Assembly: GCA_976551045.1 (NCBI GenBank)
Contig: CDPCPM010000073.1
Span: 32,860,001-32,924,000, forward strand
DNA: 64,000 nt
DNA from: Glaucostegus cemiculus
Taxonomy: Eukaryota
Reading direction: 5' to 3'
Part shown: positions 12,676 to 26,199 of the stretch, piece after piece
Position numbering within the stretch: the stretch's first letter is position 1
How the letters are laid out: every line of letters begins with the position of its first letter
Made by a program: the position numbers and the translations under genes
Notes under the pieces: generated by a model
Databases searched by the model: none
The model's input: only the letters and a program-made list of their open reading frames with translations
What the model was told of the DNA's origin: nothing

Positions 12676-15479
12676 AAACATACTGCTACAAGCTGCTTGT
12701 AAGTGCAATGCATTTTAAAATATTTTTTTGCCTCAGTGCTTAACTGTCAGGTACTGCTGTGCCAGTCTTCAGTTTCTGATTCAAGCTGAATTTTAACATA
12801 TGTGGGCAGATGATTTAGTCTAACTGTCTCATTTGCTATCTGCTCTGAGAGAGAGGCTCAGTGATTATAATTATACTCGACAATGAGTTTATTTTATCAC
12901 TTTTGTACTCTTGTATAAACTGGACAAATACCATTAGGAGAACATAAATTTACACAGTGCTGCTTAACATTATTACAGACACAATTTTCTGCTCAAGCAT
13001 TGCAGAGAAAAAAGAAGTACCTATCATCTAAATAAGTTATTGTTGGGAGCAGTGATACACATAGCCAACAAAATTCTAATGAATGTGATTTGCATGTGAA
13101 TGAGCCACTAGTAGGTGGAATCCTTCAGTAATGGTCCTTATTAAATCACTACACTTAATAATTTGTACATTAGAATTTCATTTAAAGTATTTTCATGAGG
13201 AACTGCTGACAAGATTAAATGTATCCTGAAACTGCCTCAAGGGTGATATCTTTTTTTATTCCAAATAAATTACTTGGGGAGAGAGAACTACACATTTCTG
13301 GTCAACATCATTAATAGTTTTGGCACCAGATGATGTTTAATGTTTTCTGATTAGATGGAAGTCACCTAAATGTGATGTTGTGATATGACTCCAAAAACAA
13401 AGAGGGAAAAAATTATTAGGATAGAAGGGCAAAGCAAAAGTAATTATTTTGAGAGTTTTAGAAAAATTAACATAAATCTAATTTCATGTGTTAATAATCA
13501 TGTATTGCTAAAGATGAAATTGGATTAACTGACTGTCAATTGTCTTTTTACCGCCTCTCTGATTTTATTGAGCAAGTCACCGTATAGCCTGGACAACAAA
13601 ATGAATAGTACAAAATATTAATTTAGCAACTACTTGACTGGGTTTTGTTAGTGTGTTTGGGCTGTTCAGCCATTTTAAGTGCATTAGTGGTTATGTTGCA
13701 ATGGGACAGCTCTTCTGCCCCAGCATCAGCCCTTAATTCTGAACTTATCCAGGATCCTGTCCGGTATCCCAGTCTAAATTTTGGTTGTCGTGCTGGCGTC
13801 AGCCGAAGCTGGCTATCTCTGTTCCTGTGCTGCTCCGGTGGAGTCCAGTAGGACAGCATGAATCTCGGCAGAATTTCCAGCTCAAGCTGGGACTCATGTC
13901 TTCTGAGATTGTGCTGAGGAAACTAGAGCAGTTCCCATCCAAATGAATGGCAGATATCAACTGCTGGAGGAAAGGTTTTTGATATTAATTAAGCTAATTT
14001 CAATATTCTAATTGATTTTTAGTGTGTGGATGTGTTTTTGAGAGTTTCAAATGTAAGAAAATAAATCAATGTTTTGATTTTTCTTTATTTAGCTTGGGGG
14101 TTACTGGATGACATTTACATTCAATGGCCCCAAACAGACAGATGGTTTTGATGGCTCATGAGTCTGGAGTAAAGGGTGGGGGTGAGGGATTAGGGCAGTA
14201 GAGTCTCAGTAGCTGTTATAGCTACTCTGTGAGGAAGCCAGCTGACATCACTGGGGGTGGCCCTGTGATGCGAAAAGCCACACTCATTGGAAACCGCACC
14301 GGGAAACACAAGCACAAACAGCGTTGCCCAGGGTCAGGCAGCCGTTGATTTTGGAGGCAACAGAAAATCTCCCTCAATGAGGACAGATTGTTTTGCAAGA
14401 AGTAGAAAGCTGCCTTGCCATGTGCTTTGGTTAAAATTCTGCCCTTAATTTTAGTTAGGACACACTTTATGTAACTTCTACCTGCATTTAATATCTTTTC
14501 AGATTGAATGGGGGGTCAACAGCCTTTCTCTTTTGTGTGTAAATTTGGACCTTCACTGCTTGGGCAGGAAACCAAGACAGATAATGGTGCAAATGTTATA
14601 GAGAAGGCTGGTTCTTATTTCTTAGGTAGGTACTACAAAAGGGACACAATATGCTTTTGCAGTTATCTGCTCAAAGGTGTGCACTGGTCACATTGAGCTA
14701 ACTTGGAAGTACAACGGTGGTTGTTATGCTGGCAAATGTTGTCTGCACAGACTCTAGAAAGTGGCATTAATTATTCCACTATAAGTATCGTTTCTAGCAG
14801 ATTATTCTCCATCATGTTTTATTCTTTACCATAGGCCTGACATTTGCACACTCTGTTTCTGCCATTTGCTCCCTCTGCAGTCCACTTGGAAAATGCTGCA
14901 AGATACAATTTAAAGCCTAAATTAAACATTAGAATTAATTACAGGTAAAATAATACACAGGTACCGGAAGACTTTGGTAAGAGATGCTACAATACAATAT
15001 TTATACCAATTCTATTTCCAAATTGGCTGACAGCTTAAAATATTCAGAAGTGCTTTAGCTTCACTCAGCAAGATTTTAAAAAAGACAAAGACAAATACGC
15101 AATTCTTCTTAGGAGAGCTCAATCCATCCTCTGCAAACATTTGGTATATAGAAAATCTAATGACTAGGAAAAAAATGTATAGAACTTAAAGAAATGTTCC
15201 ACTGATTTTCAAAACAATTTTTCTGCAGCAGTTCAAACATCAGCAGTTTTCACCACCTCAGACTTAGGGGAGGCTGACCATAATTGTGATGTTTCCTCGT
15301 TTGCCTTTCAACCAGCCTAAATTCATTCATGAACATAGTGCATTCTTCAACAGTTTAAACAAGCAATGCTGGATTGTTCTCAGTAGTACTCTGACAGTGG
15401 AAAAGTATCAAATGCACCAATGAGATTAGAATAAAGAACAAAATACTTCAAAATGGCAGGTTGCTGATAAGAATAAAAG

Positions 15480-15870
15480 AAATAGGAGCAGCCTGATCTG
15501 ACCTGGCTATTGGTCTCCACTTCACTTCATTGCCTGATCTCCATAACCCTTGATTCCCTTATAGCCCAAGAATCTATCTCTCTCAGCCTTGACTATTTTC
15601 AACACCTCATCATTGACGGCTCTCTAGAGTAGAGAATTCCAAAGATTCACAATTCTCTGAGAGAAGAAATCCCTCGTAATCTCTTAAGTAATGTGCAACC
15701 ATCAGTTTCTTTGACTATGTTCCTGGTTTTAGATTCACCCTGTCATCCACCTCAGCTAATCCCTTTAGAATCTTGTTTCAGTAAGATCACCTCTCATTCT
15801 TCTAAAATCTAGAGCATAAAGGCCCACTTTATTCAGTCTTTCCGCTTTATACAACCCGTCCATCCCATAA
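15480..15870 (-). mobile_element. CR1 LINE 3' fragment
   Basis: ORF 15765-15995 end ERLNKVGLYALDFRRMRGDLTET is a CR1 ORF2 motif; gagaattccaaagattcaca block. Confidence 0.8.
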
Positions 15871-16699
15871 TCAAATCTCAGTGGGAAGGCAAAGAGCATC
15901 ACATCTGGGAAATGAAAAGCAGAGATGTTAGCTTGAAGGCAGTTGGCATGGCTGATCCATACCTTGCTATTTCTGTTTTGTCTTCTGCCTCTCAAACCCT
16001 ATCTGCCTGAGCTTCAGATCCCACTTGGGTCCTCACAGAAGAAGTTACAAGTAACAGTTTAGGATATTGTACACAGTTTGGTAATATATATTACAGTTAA
16101 GATATTATGGTACAGAAAAGGATCAGTAACGTACTGCAATGTGGTACTTTCCATCAGAAACCTTGGATACAAGAAGTGATTTCAGAAACTTGGAAGAAGC
16201 TAATCAGCAACATAGACCCTGAGATACCACTTACAATGTCCCCAGAGGAATAAAGAGATGATACAGGACAGATAAGGTGATTGGCCTCATCAGGTAGAAT
16301 ACTTAGCAGAGAAATAGATAGATATTTGAAACAGACTGCCCAGGAGAGGCAATCAAAACTGACAAAATCAGCAATTAATGGCTGGTTACTATACCAGCTG
16401 GTAATTTCTCCCATCAGCGTGGGTGTTTAGTGACAGGCTGAGGCTCGGGATGCGGATTGAGCTGGAGCAGTGGGTGTTAGCACAACTCCTGCTATCTGGC
16501 ATAATTTGGTGTACTGGTGCTTTCTAAATGTTGCACAAATTAAAATGTTAACCTTCTTACTGTTGATCAGGAGAGTGGGAGAGGGAAATCAAAGCAGCTT
16601 GAACTTGAGTGGTATTTTTCCCACAGCAGAGTTGACCTTTACCTCTTATATTTCTGAGATTAAATATTTAGATAATTTCACCTTTGTTCCAAACAAAGG

Positions 16700-16995
16700 T
16701 GCTTGCGTTGTGACATGTTATCTTTTGGGAGAGATGTTAAAGCATTGGATGTGTTAAATCCACCTCCACTGGCACTATTCAAAGAAGAATGGAAGCATTA
16801 TTTCACTTGTCCCGGTTAATATTTCTCCCTCATACAAGATTCCTGAAAACACATATTCCATCATTGTCCCTGTGTGGAATCTTGTGCACAATGTTGTTGG
16901 CAGCATGAATGTGGCAAATACACTTCAAAGGTACTCTGGTGGCTGTAAAGCACTTTGTCATATCCTGACTTTATGAAAGGTGCAGTACATGCCTC
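16700..16995 (+). mobile_element. Deu-domain SINE, 5'-truncated
   Basis: ggcactattcaaagaaga...aatatttctccctca...ggctgtaaagcactttg...gaaaggtgc blocks shared with the copy at 35055-35460. Confidence 0.7.
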
Positions 16996-19900
16996 GTAAA
17001 ATCTATTGCATAATGCATCATTTATATGAGAAACACTGTACAATTTCAACAAAAGCATGGTTGTGAAAGAAATTTGGGAACTTACAGTGAGGTTCACAAA
17101 GTCCTCAGTTTTCAATAAGATCCTTGTGACAACTACCACACCAAAATATGGTGATACTGGGCACTTGTGCCAAAGCAGATCTTCAAAACACAAGTAAGAT
17201 CTGTTGTGTCATTACTTAAAAATCTTCTAAATTTAACTCGTATTCCTTCATGAAGGTGCTCTCTCAAGCCCTCCATCACCCAGCTGGGATGCTTACCCAC
17301 ACCAGTGGTGACTTTGGTCCTTCCCTTCCCCAACCAACAACACAACCTTTGCCCCCCATCCTCCATCCTGATCATGTGCTCTTCCCTCCTTTATGACTTT
17401 GTCCCTTCTACCACCCCCACCCCATTTGTGACTTAGTTCCTCATGCCACTGTTTTGATTGTCCCCACCCCACCTAAGAACCCAACCTTTACTTTAACCCC
17501 CCCTGTTTAAATGCAAATCTGACCATACCCTCTCCTCTGTAGCCAATCTTCAACCTCCCCCCACCAATTTGACCCAACTCTTCTCAACCCTCAAGGTCAC
17601 AGTTTTCAACTGTACAATGACCTCACACAATACCTGTCTTGGGCTTCTCCTCCCACCACCGCCCCCATAACCATAACCTGTATCCATGACCTTTCTGTTT
17701 GTCCTCTTCGTATGTGCTGAGCCCAATCTATAGTGCAACATCCTGGGTCTGATGCATTATACAACTTAGCATTAGCAGGCTTTTGACAAACCTCCAGGAG
17801 CCTCCTGTGCACTGCTGAATTAATTTGTCTTTCCACCATGCACAAGGATTTCTAGGCCATGTTCTTTCTCTCACTACATTTATCACAATGGTCATAGACT
17901 ACTGACAGTCGATGAAAAGTAGGTCACTTCCTTTTCCTTCTTTATCACTGTCACCACATCTCTTGATGAACAGAACATTTAAATTTTTGCTGCTAAGAGA
18001 CTGCCTGACTGCAGGAACATTTGTTGTATAAGTCTTCTACATATTATTGCACCTGCTTCTCCAGCATTGTAGAATTGGGTCAGCAGCAATCCATTGCTAT
18101 GTTGTTGGTTGGCCAAGAGTATTTCAGACTCCACAAAAAGACTGTTCTGTATCTGCATTATTCATTTAATTGTACATTCATGCAGATTGCGAGGCTTATC
18201 TGAAATTTGTTGTGTATATTATTCATCATATATCACTACAAATGCTACTTAGGGATGGTCAGTATACAGCATTGTTGTTGATGATTTGTAAGGATGTTTA
18301 GATGTGCTCTAGGTCAGTTTGTTTTTTCTGTCCTTTCACTGTCCAGATATGACTCAGTGGGTTTCATCTTGTTCTGGTGCCCCTGTCCGTACCACTGTTT
18401 GTAACTGTGCATTGTGACTGTACAGAACACCCTGGGCATGAGATTGGCCTTTGGTGGAAATGCAGAATGGGTGGTGAAAAAGTGAAGTATGCAGTGGGGT
18501 CTATGAGCGCAATGTTTGAACACATTTGGGAAAACACCAGCAAAGAGCAGCTGGCAACCTTCGGATTTCCATGTTCAAATGTGTTGGCCCTTACAGGGTC
18601 AGTTCTGCAGGGAACTGCCATCCATGATAAGACTCCGATAATTGACCCTCTCAGGACTATGGCAGTGCTGGACTGACAGCCTTCCCAGACCCTTGGGTTT
18701 TATTCCTATTACCACCTAAATACACTTTTAATTTGCTTTATTTTGATGTTTTGGAGTATTATAATACATTTTACAGGGAATCTGGTACACAAAGATGGCA
18801 CAGGAATTGGAGCCCTGGAGAGTCAAAATGACCTAGGCCCACATGTTACATAAATTTAATCTCCCCCTTTCTTTAGCTCATTGAATTGATACTTGTTTAA
18901 ATTCTTGGGAAGCTGATGTGGGACCAGAAAAATTGCTGGTGAGGTGTAGCTGTGAAGATCCCTCAAGATCCAATATTACTATCATCCTCAGGAGAGAGAG
19001 ATGCTCTGCTGAGGCCAGCTGAGTCCTTCTATCATTGTACTAAAGGCAACACTGTGTAGTGTGAGTGGAGGCCTCCCCGGAGAAGCCATTCACGCTTTCT
19101 TCCAGGCCGACTTAATGGGACAGTTGCTACAAAACAGCAAATAAAATAAAATAATTTTCTTCTGGGACGAGGGTAGTGAGGATAGATGCTGAGCTCTCCA
19201 CAAGGGTGGTCTAGACCCCTTGTGCCTCACATCTCCTTGTCTCCTAGTCCATCAGTCAGTACCTTCCCATCCAAGCTGAGTGCTGGGCCCTGACCCTCGG
19301 GTTTCTGACTGTGTTCCCAGCCTCTCAAGCATTCTGCTTTTGTGGGAAGCATGCTTCTGCTGGCTTGGACAACTGTGCAGATCTAACATGGAAGATAAAC
19401 TCTCCCAAACTTGTGCTATCATCAACCAGGAGAAATTAAACTGCACCTTGATCTGTGGCCCCATGAGTCTTGCCTTGAGGTGAAATCAGTACTTTAAAAT
19501 AGAAATATCTATAACTTGCCAAATTGAGAGGCACACAGAGGAAGTCAGCTCGAAAGGTCTGAAGACCATGTAAATTGTTTCCCTGCACCAAGCAAAGCCA
19601 CCTTTCCACCGCAGGGCAGGGTCAGTGCTGATGGTGGTAAGCACAAACACTGGTGGATATTAATGCTGCACCAAAGGCAGAGATATATTCAACATGCTCT
19701 ACCTTTCCAAAAGCACAATGATGGAAATAGTAAGATATTTAAAATGGAGGCAAGAAATGGTAGATTTTAACTATTCCAGCCAGATTACTTGTGAGGAGAA
19801 ATCATTTTGTGAATATCACACACTTGGTATGTGAGTGAGTTGCTCTGATTCAAACGCAGCAGCAGACTGGGCACTGTCATTCCAATGCAATGAGCAAGCA

Positions 19901-20029
19901 AAACTTGGTCCACTTGGACCATCAGGATGGGGTGTAGGTTATTTACTCTCCAAGGAACAATGTAATTATGAAGATTGACAATGGAGAAAAAACTAGGACA
20001 ATGGAGAAAATCACAGTTTTTAAATTCAT

Positions 20030-20335
20030 GTGTGGGATGTAGTTATTGATGGCAAGTAGTGCACTTGATTTGCATCCTTTGCCTCTGATAAGCCATTTCA
20101 GAAGGTATTGCTTGTGGATCTGGAATCAAAGGCCAGACTGGATAGATGTAGCAGACCTCATTCCTCAGCGCACATCAGTTAACCAGGGGGATTTTGCAAC
20201 AATTGAATTTCTATTATTCCAGATATATTTAATTACTTGAATTTAAATTCCCCAGCTACTTTGATGGGATCTGAATTCACTTCCCTGGATCAATAATCTA
20301 GAGCTCGAGATTACTGGTCCAGTAATATAAAAACT
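20030..20335 (-). mobile_element. Second tRNA-derived SINE family
   Basis: Reverse complement of the element at 62750-63145 (gaatttaaattccccagct...ttccagatatatttaatta). Confidence 0.65.
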
Positions 20336-20690
20336 ATATGTTTGTACTAATCAACTCGAGAGATTGTAATGGCAAAAATTTAACACAAAACAATGTAACA
20401 GAAATGTAGAAAGGATCATAGTCAGAAAGGATACTGTAAAAATGCACAGATGGCATATTGTTTTATGATATTGCTCAGTTTGAATTATTAATCCAGGGCA
20501 AGAGCTACTGAAAACCTGAGCAAACTGGTTATTTTTATTTTCCGTCTGTAGTGGCCTTGAACCAAGTACAATATTATTGAAGGTGTTTATCTGGATCCAT
20601 TTGTATGTGTTAAAACCACTCAGAGTATGCACAATATTGGAAGTAAAGCAGTGTGCTGTCAGCTGCATGGATGCTGAAGCAGCTAACAGC

Positions 20691-21730
20691 AATCATAGAT
20701 GTACAAACGTAATAGCACAGAATCATAGACACGCACAGCACAGAGACAGGTCCTTATGGCCCAACTCGTCCATGCCGACTGTGATACCTATGTCTGCTAA
20801 TCCCATCTGCCCGCACTAGGCCCATATCCCTCTACTCCTTACTTATCCAGGTATTTACCTGTCCAGATGCCTTTTAAACATTATAATAGGATCTGCCTCC
20901 ACTACCTCCTCTGGCAGCTCATTCGAGATATTCACCACCCACTATGTGAAAAACTTAACCCTCAGATCGCCTTTAAATTTCTCCCCTCTCAGCTTAAACC
21001 TGTGCCCTCTAGTTCTAGACTCGCCTGCTCTAGGAAAAAGATTCTGATGATCTCCATAATTTTGTAAACCTCTGTAAGACCACCCCTCAGCCGCCTATGT
21101 TCCAGTGACCATAAACCCAGCCTATTCAATCTCCCCTTGTAACCACAGCCCTCCATTACACACAACATCCTGGTGAATCTTTTCTATACTATCTCTATTG
21201 CTACCACATCCTTCCTGTAGTGTGGCGACCAGAACTGTACACAATACTCTAAATGTGGTCTAACTAATGTTTTGTATAGCTACAACATGACATCCCAACT
21301 CTTATACTCAGTGCCTCAGCCTATGAAGGCAAGCATGCCAAATGCTTTTTCACTACCCTAACCACATGTGTTGCCACTTCTAGGGAGCTATGGACTTGCA
21401 CTCCAAAGTCCCTCTGTACATCAATGCTCTTAAGGTTCCTACAATTTACTCTGTATGTTCTACCAGAACTTGACTTCCAAAAATGTGTTATCTCACACGC
21501 CTGGGTTAAATTCCACCTGCCATTATGCCACCCAACTTTCCAGCTGATCTATGTCCCACTATATCCTTAAACAATCTTTTTTGTTAACCGTAAGTCCACT
21601 AATTTATGTGCCATCTGCAGACTTACCAATTATACACCCTACATTTCCATGCAAGTCATTTATATATATTACAAACAACAAAGGTTCCAGTGTTGGTCAT
21701 GTGGTGTACCACATGTTACAGATTTCTAGT
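20691..21730 (-). mobile_element. CR1 LINE 3' ~1 kb
   Basis: aatcataga tail repeats; gaccagaactgtacacaatactctaa encodes LEYCVQFWS on the minus strand; colinear with 6463-7460. Confidence 0.9.
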
Positions 21731-23189
21731 CAGGTACTGCAAGGTTGGGAAGTCCTAGAGCTTCAGCATAAATAAACCCCTCAGTCCATTCCCCATTGTG
21801 TAATTGTTGGCTTTACACCAGCACTCTTGGCTTTGATCCTGATACAATGCCTTTATTATTGTTTTTGTTTAATGTTTGTTTAAATATTGCATTTGCAGCC
21901 TTTATTTCATGATTGATTTGGTTATAGTAGCCACCTGAGTAATGCAACTACTCCATTATTTTCTCTGGACTCCTAAATGTATGCTCCTGCATTAGAGTAA
22001 GTATTTATTGTTTAAAAATCGTCACAAATCCTTATTGCAGACCTCTCTCAAGTGACTTTTAAACACCAGGCATCTCGTTTTCCCAACCCTCACTAAGCCA
22101 ATGTGGTTCCTTCATGTTCAATTAGTTGAATGCAGTCTATAAACCCATGCCAACATTGGCTGATTGGCCCATCCCTTTGAATTACGATATCTGACCTCCC
22201 CAAAGACTTTGATTGCTAAATTTACCCCTTTGAGTTATAATTACAAAAAACAGTGAACTAAGCTTTTATTGTCGTCTTCTCGCCTGGAAATTCAACCGAG
22301 TGTTCCTGCTTGGAGACATAAAGAGGAATAAGTCAAAGTTGGGTCTTCAACTACAAAGGTCAAAGAGTCCTCTCTGAGAATGACAATTTGTGTTAATTTC
22401 CAGCTGCAGAAAAAGCAGATAAAAAGACTTAAATTTAACCTACAAATATTGCAATAAAATACAGCCGGCCAAATGTCTTTACCCAGATATATCCTTGTGA
22501 TGAATGCAGAGAAGTAGTACGTCAAAACACACATCTTTTTGCAGGGCAGCACGCAATTGTCACCATGCTTCTGATAATGAAATCTTATCGTATCTTGTCT
22601 TATCTTATTTTTCTACTATTTATTTCCCAGCATTGGGTAAGGTCAGGGAGGGGGATTTTGAAGTAATCTCAATCAGTGCAGGGTGGAGGGCCCATCTTCA
22701 AAATATAGCCTTTGACATTGGGGAAGCTGGTGATGGGGCTTTGCCAGCTATAAATCTGTGACTAATTTTAACAGTTTTTAAATATCTTTGACTAGGTAAA
22801 AGTCAGTATTTTTGAAAATAGGTAAACATTTTAAAAGATTAATCCAAAATTTAAAAACACATTAAATTTAAAGAAAATAATTAAAAGGAGTAACTTTTCC
22901 ATGTGCATCCTAGATCATTGCCCATGAAATGGGCAATTGGGTGTCTAACCAAAGACAAGACCTGAGAGCTTATAACCTGGCATTAGGCTGAAGAATCTCA
23001 GCAAGACTGGGCTCCACTGTCAGATTCGAGAGTTTCATGTTTCACAGTGTATGCACATTGGTCTGGGGCTTACTGTTGATAGTTCTTTTCAGAAATGTCA
23101 GCATGATTGCATCACAGATGTGATATAACAGAAAGTTTACACTATTCCACATTAACAAGCATTTGCTCCTCCCTATCTCAGTAGACTCC

Positions 23190-23470
23190 TCCAGCAATAA
23201 CACCTCCAAGATCACTCCACTGCTCCAGTCTGACTATTCCTTATCATTTCATCATTGATGTCTGTACCTCCAGTTATCTAAACTCTGAGCTCTACAAATC
23301 CTTCCTCCCCTCAGAAGCTCCTTAAAATCTTTCTATTTGCCCAAGCTTTTGATTACATGCACTGATAGTTCATTGGGTAGTTTGGGCAAAAATTGTGTTT
23401 GATATTGCTTCTGTGCAGCACCGTTGACCATATTACTACATTAAAGGTGCTACCTAAATGCAAGTATCTT
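23190..23470 (+). mobile_element. L2 LINE 3' end, about 70 nt upstream of a GRIN2A acceptor
   Basis: ctccttaaaatctttctatttgcccaagcttttg...tactacattaaaggtgctacctaaatgcaagt resembles an L2 ORF end and tail. Inverse copies at about 40735-41000 and 50770-50890. Confidence 0.6.
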
Positions 23471-23542
23471 TTGGCAAAACTTGCCTTCTGCTAGGGAAAG
23501 CCAAGTCAACACATGAATGACTTTGATATCTTCCTCTTACAG

Positions 23543-23748
23543 GTCGGGAAATGGGAAAACGGTAGCCTGGCCCTGAAATATCCTGTGTGGCCAAGATTTA
23601 ATTCCTATGCAGATGGTGAGGCAGATGACAGCCATCTAAGTGTTGTAACGTTGGAGGAAACCCCCTTTGTTATTGTCGAAGATGTGGATAAACTAACAGG
23701 AACATGTGCAAGAAGCAACGTCCCATGCAGGAAAAATATCAAGGCTTT
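23543..23748 (+). CDS. GRIN2A: GluN2A internal coding exon (206 nt): ATD end, ATD-LBD linker, start of S1
   Basis: Acceptor ttcctcttacAG at 23541-42, donor GTGAGT at 23749. Translates [68 protein letters not shown], colinear without gaps with mammalian GluN2A VGKWENHTLSLRHAVWPR...TLEEAPFVIVED. Phase 0 to 2. Confidence 0.95.
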
Positions 23749-25019
23749 GTGAGTATAATCAGTGTTCATTTTCATTGTTCCCATTTGCTCCTTTTGCACA
23801 ATGAGAACCAATTGCTTTTACTATGGTGTGTTTTACTGAGCTTTCACAACAGGCATTTTTAAGATCAATTCGCAATATTCTCTAATGCTTCACATTCAAT
23901 AAAATGGGAAGCATGTAGTTAAACTATTTGTGCATACCAAACCATGTTTAAACCTTTCAAAAGTGCCATATGCTTCAAAGCCAATTCCTTTCTGTTCAGC
24001 TTTTCCTGCATATTTTGCATTTGATTCAGACTTTCACCATCTGCAGTTTTTTTCCTGTTTGTTTTAAATCATTCTTGTCTAGAAATTAAATCCATTAGTG
24101 CCCATTTCTCATATGTGAATTATGCATATAAGTGAGTTAACCTGAGTTAGATCACACTGATGATCATTGCACCTATTGGGAAACTGGCCCAGCCACTTCC
24201 GTGTGAAATTCACCTTTGTGCATCCAAACTTCTTCCAGGGTCAGCCACTCTGGCTAATGATGTCACTTTTCATGCATCACTTTTCTTCTCCTGTACATTG
24301 CAGACATTGGAGCTATTGGGTGTAATTGATAACCATCGTTGAAAAGCTACAGAAAAAAAACTGGAAGCACATCATGCTGGGATTGCCAATGAGACATCAA
24401 TTAGTGGGTCTCCATTCTGACATCTATGCCTCATATATTGCATCTGTGAACCTCAGTTTTCAGTGCAGAGGATATTTGAAACCTCATTGCCGGTTGTTCG
24501 AGCATTGATTGCAGCCTTCTTATTTTAGAATCAAGACTGTAATCTCTGCCTAATTGATTATCCCACACCTCACTGTGATGTGGGATCTTTTAGGGCACAG
24601 GACTTCATCAGGGCAGATGATCTTGCGAAGCCACATACAGGAGTTTACCTTGAGCACCCCTCCAATTCCCTTGTGTTTTCCCTTAGCTACTTCCTAGGCT
24701 TTTATGCAGCTCTTCTGTGGTTGCTATGGGAGGAGTTCTGTAAGGTCTGACATTCTTCCCAGTGATCAGCATGGCAAAGCTTCAGCAATCAAGAACTTTT
24801 CATGCAGCCCCACTGGGAACCACACAGGTTGCATTTTAGCTCATGATAAGTATAAATTTCTTGGCCACAATTTGTGATATTTAGCCAGAGATCCAAATGG
24901 TCATTAGTGCTGTGAACAGCACATATTTGGTACACCAAACAAAAGTGCAATCCATTTCTAATGATCTCTGCTTGAAAAAGAGGATTGTTTATTCACTCTT
25001 GCATTGTAAACTATCAATT

Positions 25020-25700
25020 GCATAAAATTACACAGTTTTGCAGCACAGAAATGCCCATTCAGCTTAACACATTGGTGTTTATGCTGTGCCAAAGCCTGCT
25101 TCCCACTTTGATTCATCTTGCCTATCAGTAGATCCTTCTATTCCTTCCCTGTCTATCTCACTTCCCTGTCTTAAATGCACTCATGCTGATTTCATCAATT
25201 GGCTGCACACTGCCATATTGTGCTCTACTGATTCACACTGCTCCTTCTTCTGTGTACTGTGACCTTTCTAGAGTGTTCACCAGTGAATTTGCCAGTAAAG
25301 CCCATAGTCTATGTCTATGGATAAAAAAAAACATGTTTCCAAGTGTGGATAATGCAAAACTAGAGGTTTTCACTGTTAGAGAGCGGTGACAAAACGGTAC
25401 TCTACCACAGGTAGTAATTGAACACAGGGGAGTAGGACCGGGGATAAGCTATTCCAACCTTTGAATCTGCTCTGCCATCCAATACAATCGTGGCTGATCC
25501 TCGTCCTCAATATCATATTCCCACTCTCGCCCCGGCTCTCAGTGCCTTTTGTGTTTAAGAATACATTTGGAGGAATCTAGATAACAGGGAAGGGTATGGA
25601 GGACAATAGTGATAGAATAGAAGAAGGAATCTGGAAAAGATGCTTGCATGAACAGGTTGGAGTAAGTGGCCTGTTTCTGTGTTGTATTTTTCATGTCATT
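25020..25700. mobile_element. Cluster of short decayed CR1 3' fragments in both orientations
   Basis: cagcacagaaatgcccattcagc (minus tail), aaaactagaggtttt...tggcctgtttctgtgttgta (plus 3' end), and an internal minus-strand tail at about 25430-25560. Confidence 0.55.
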
Positions 25701-26199
25701 CTGTTTTCAGTGACTGTTGATATGTTTGCTCAAGTGAAGAATGAGAAGAATTTTACAGTGCTATAAATTAGTTAATCTGCTCATAAAAATAAATACGCAG
25801 TTCAGCTGGATTTAATGTTATATTTTAAAAGAATGCAAATCCTAATTATAAATAGCCAGTTCTACAACTTATATCACAGTACTTTGTGTCCTGATGGCAA
25901 TCTATTATAAGCACTAGTCCCAAAAGTGAAAGTAGATCTATTTATGACGCTGTGATTAATTTTGTGCATTTCTACAAAGCCTTGAGGGAAAATCTTGCCT
26001 GTACACAATAACCAGTGGCACAGAAGCAGAGCATTGATTTGGTGATCTGTTGCAAGGCAAAGATACAATTAAATGGAGCTTGATTGTTCTTATTAAGGCC
26101 AAATATGGGCTTGGATTTCTAACTAAGCTTAGATATATTAGTGCAGACGGATAGTAACGAATCAAAAGATGGATCCAGGGCTAGGGGTAAATGGGAATA

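Noticed and set aside
18377-18676. 99-aa ORF that looks protein-like
   Set aside because: It starts at a non-ATG codon, has no recognisable domain and no convincing splice context.
19977-20010. Short direct repeat gacaatggagaaaa x2 (similar cases at 34796-34831 and about 54139-54165)
   Set aside because: Ordinary slippage-type micro-duplications with no higher-order pattern.
1-23542. Preceding GRIN2A exon (expected to end near ...EWEK)
   Set aside because: A manual scan for TGG-GAR-AAR followed by GT found no candidate. It probably lies upstream of the window, though I may have missed a diverged version.
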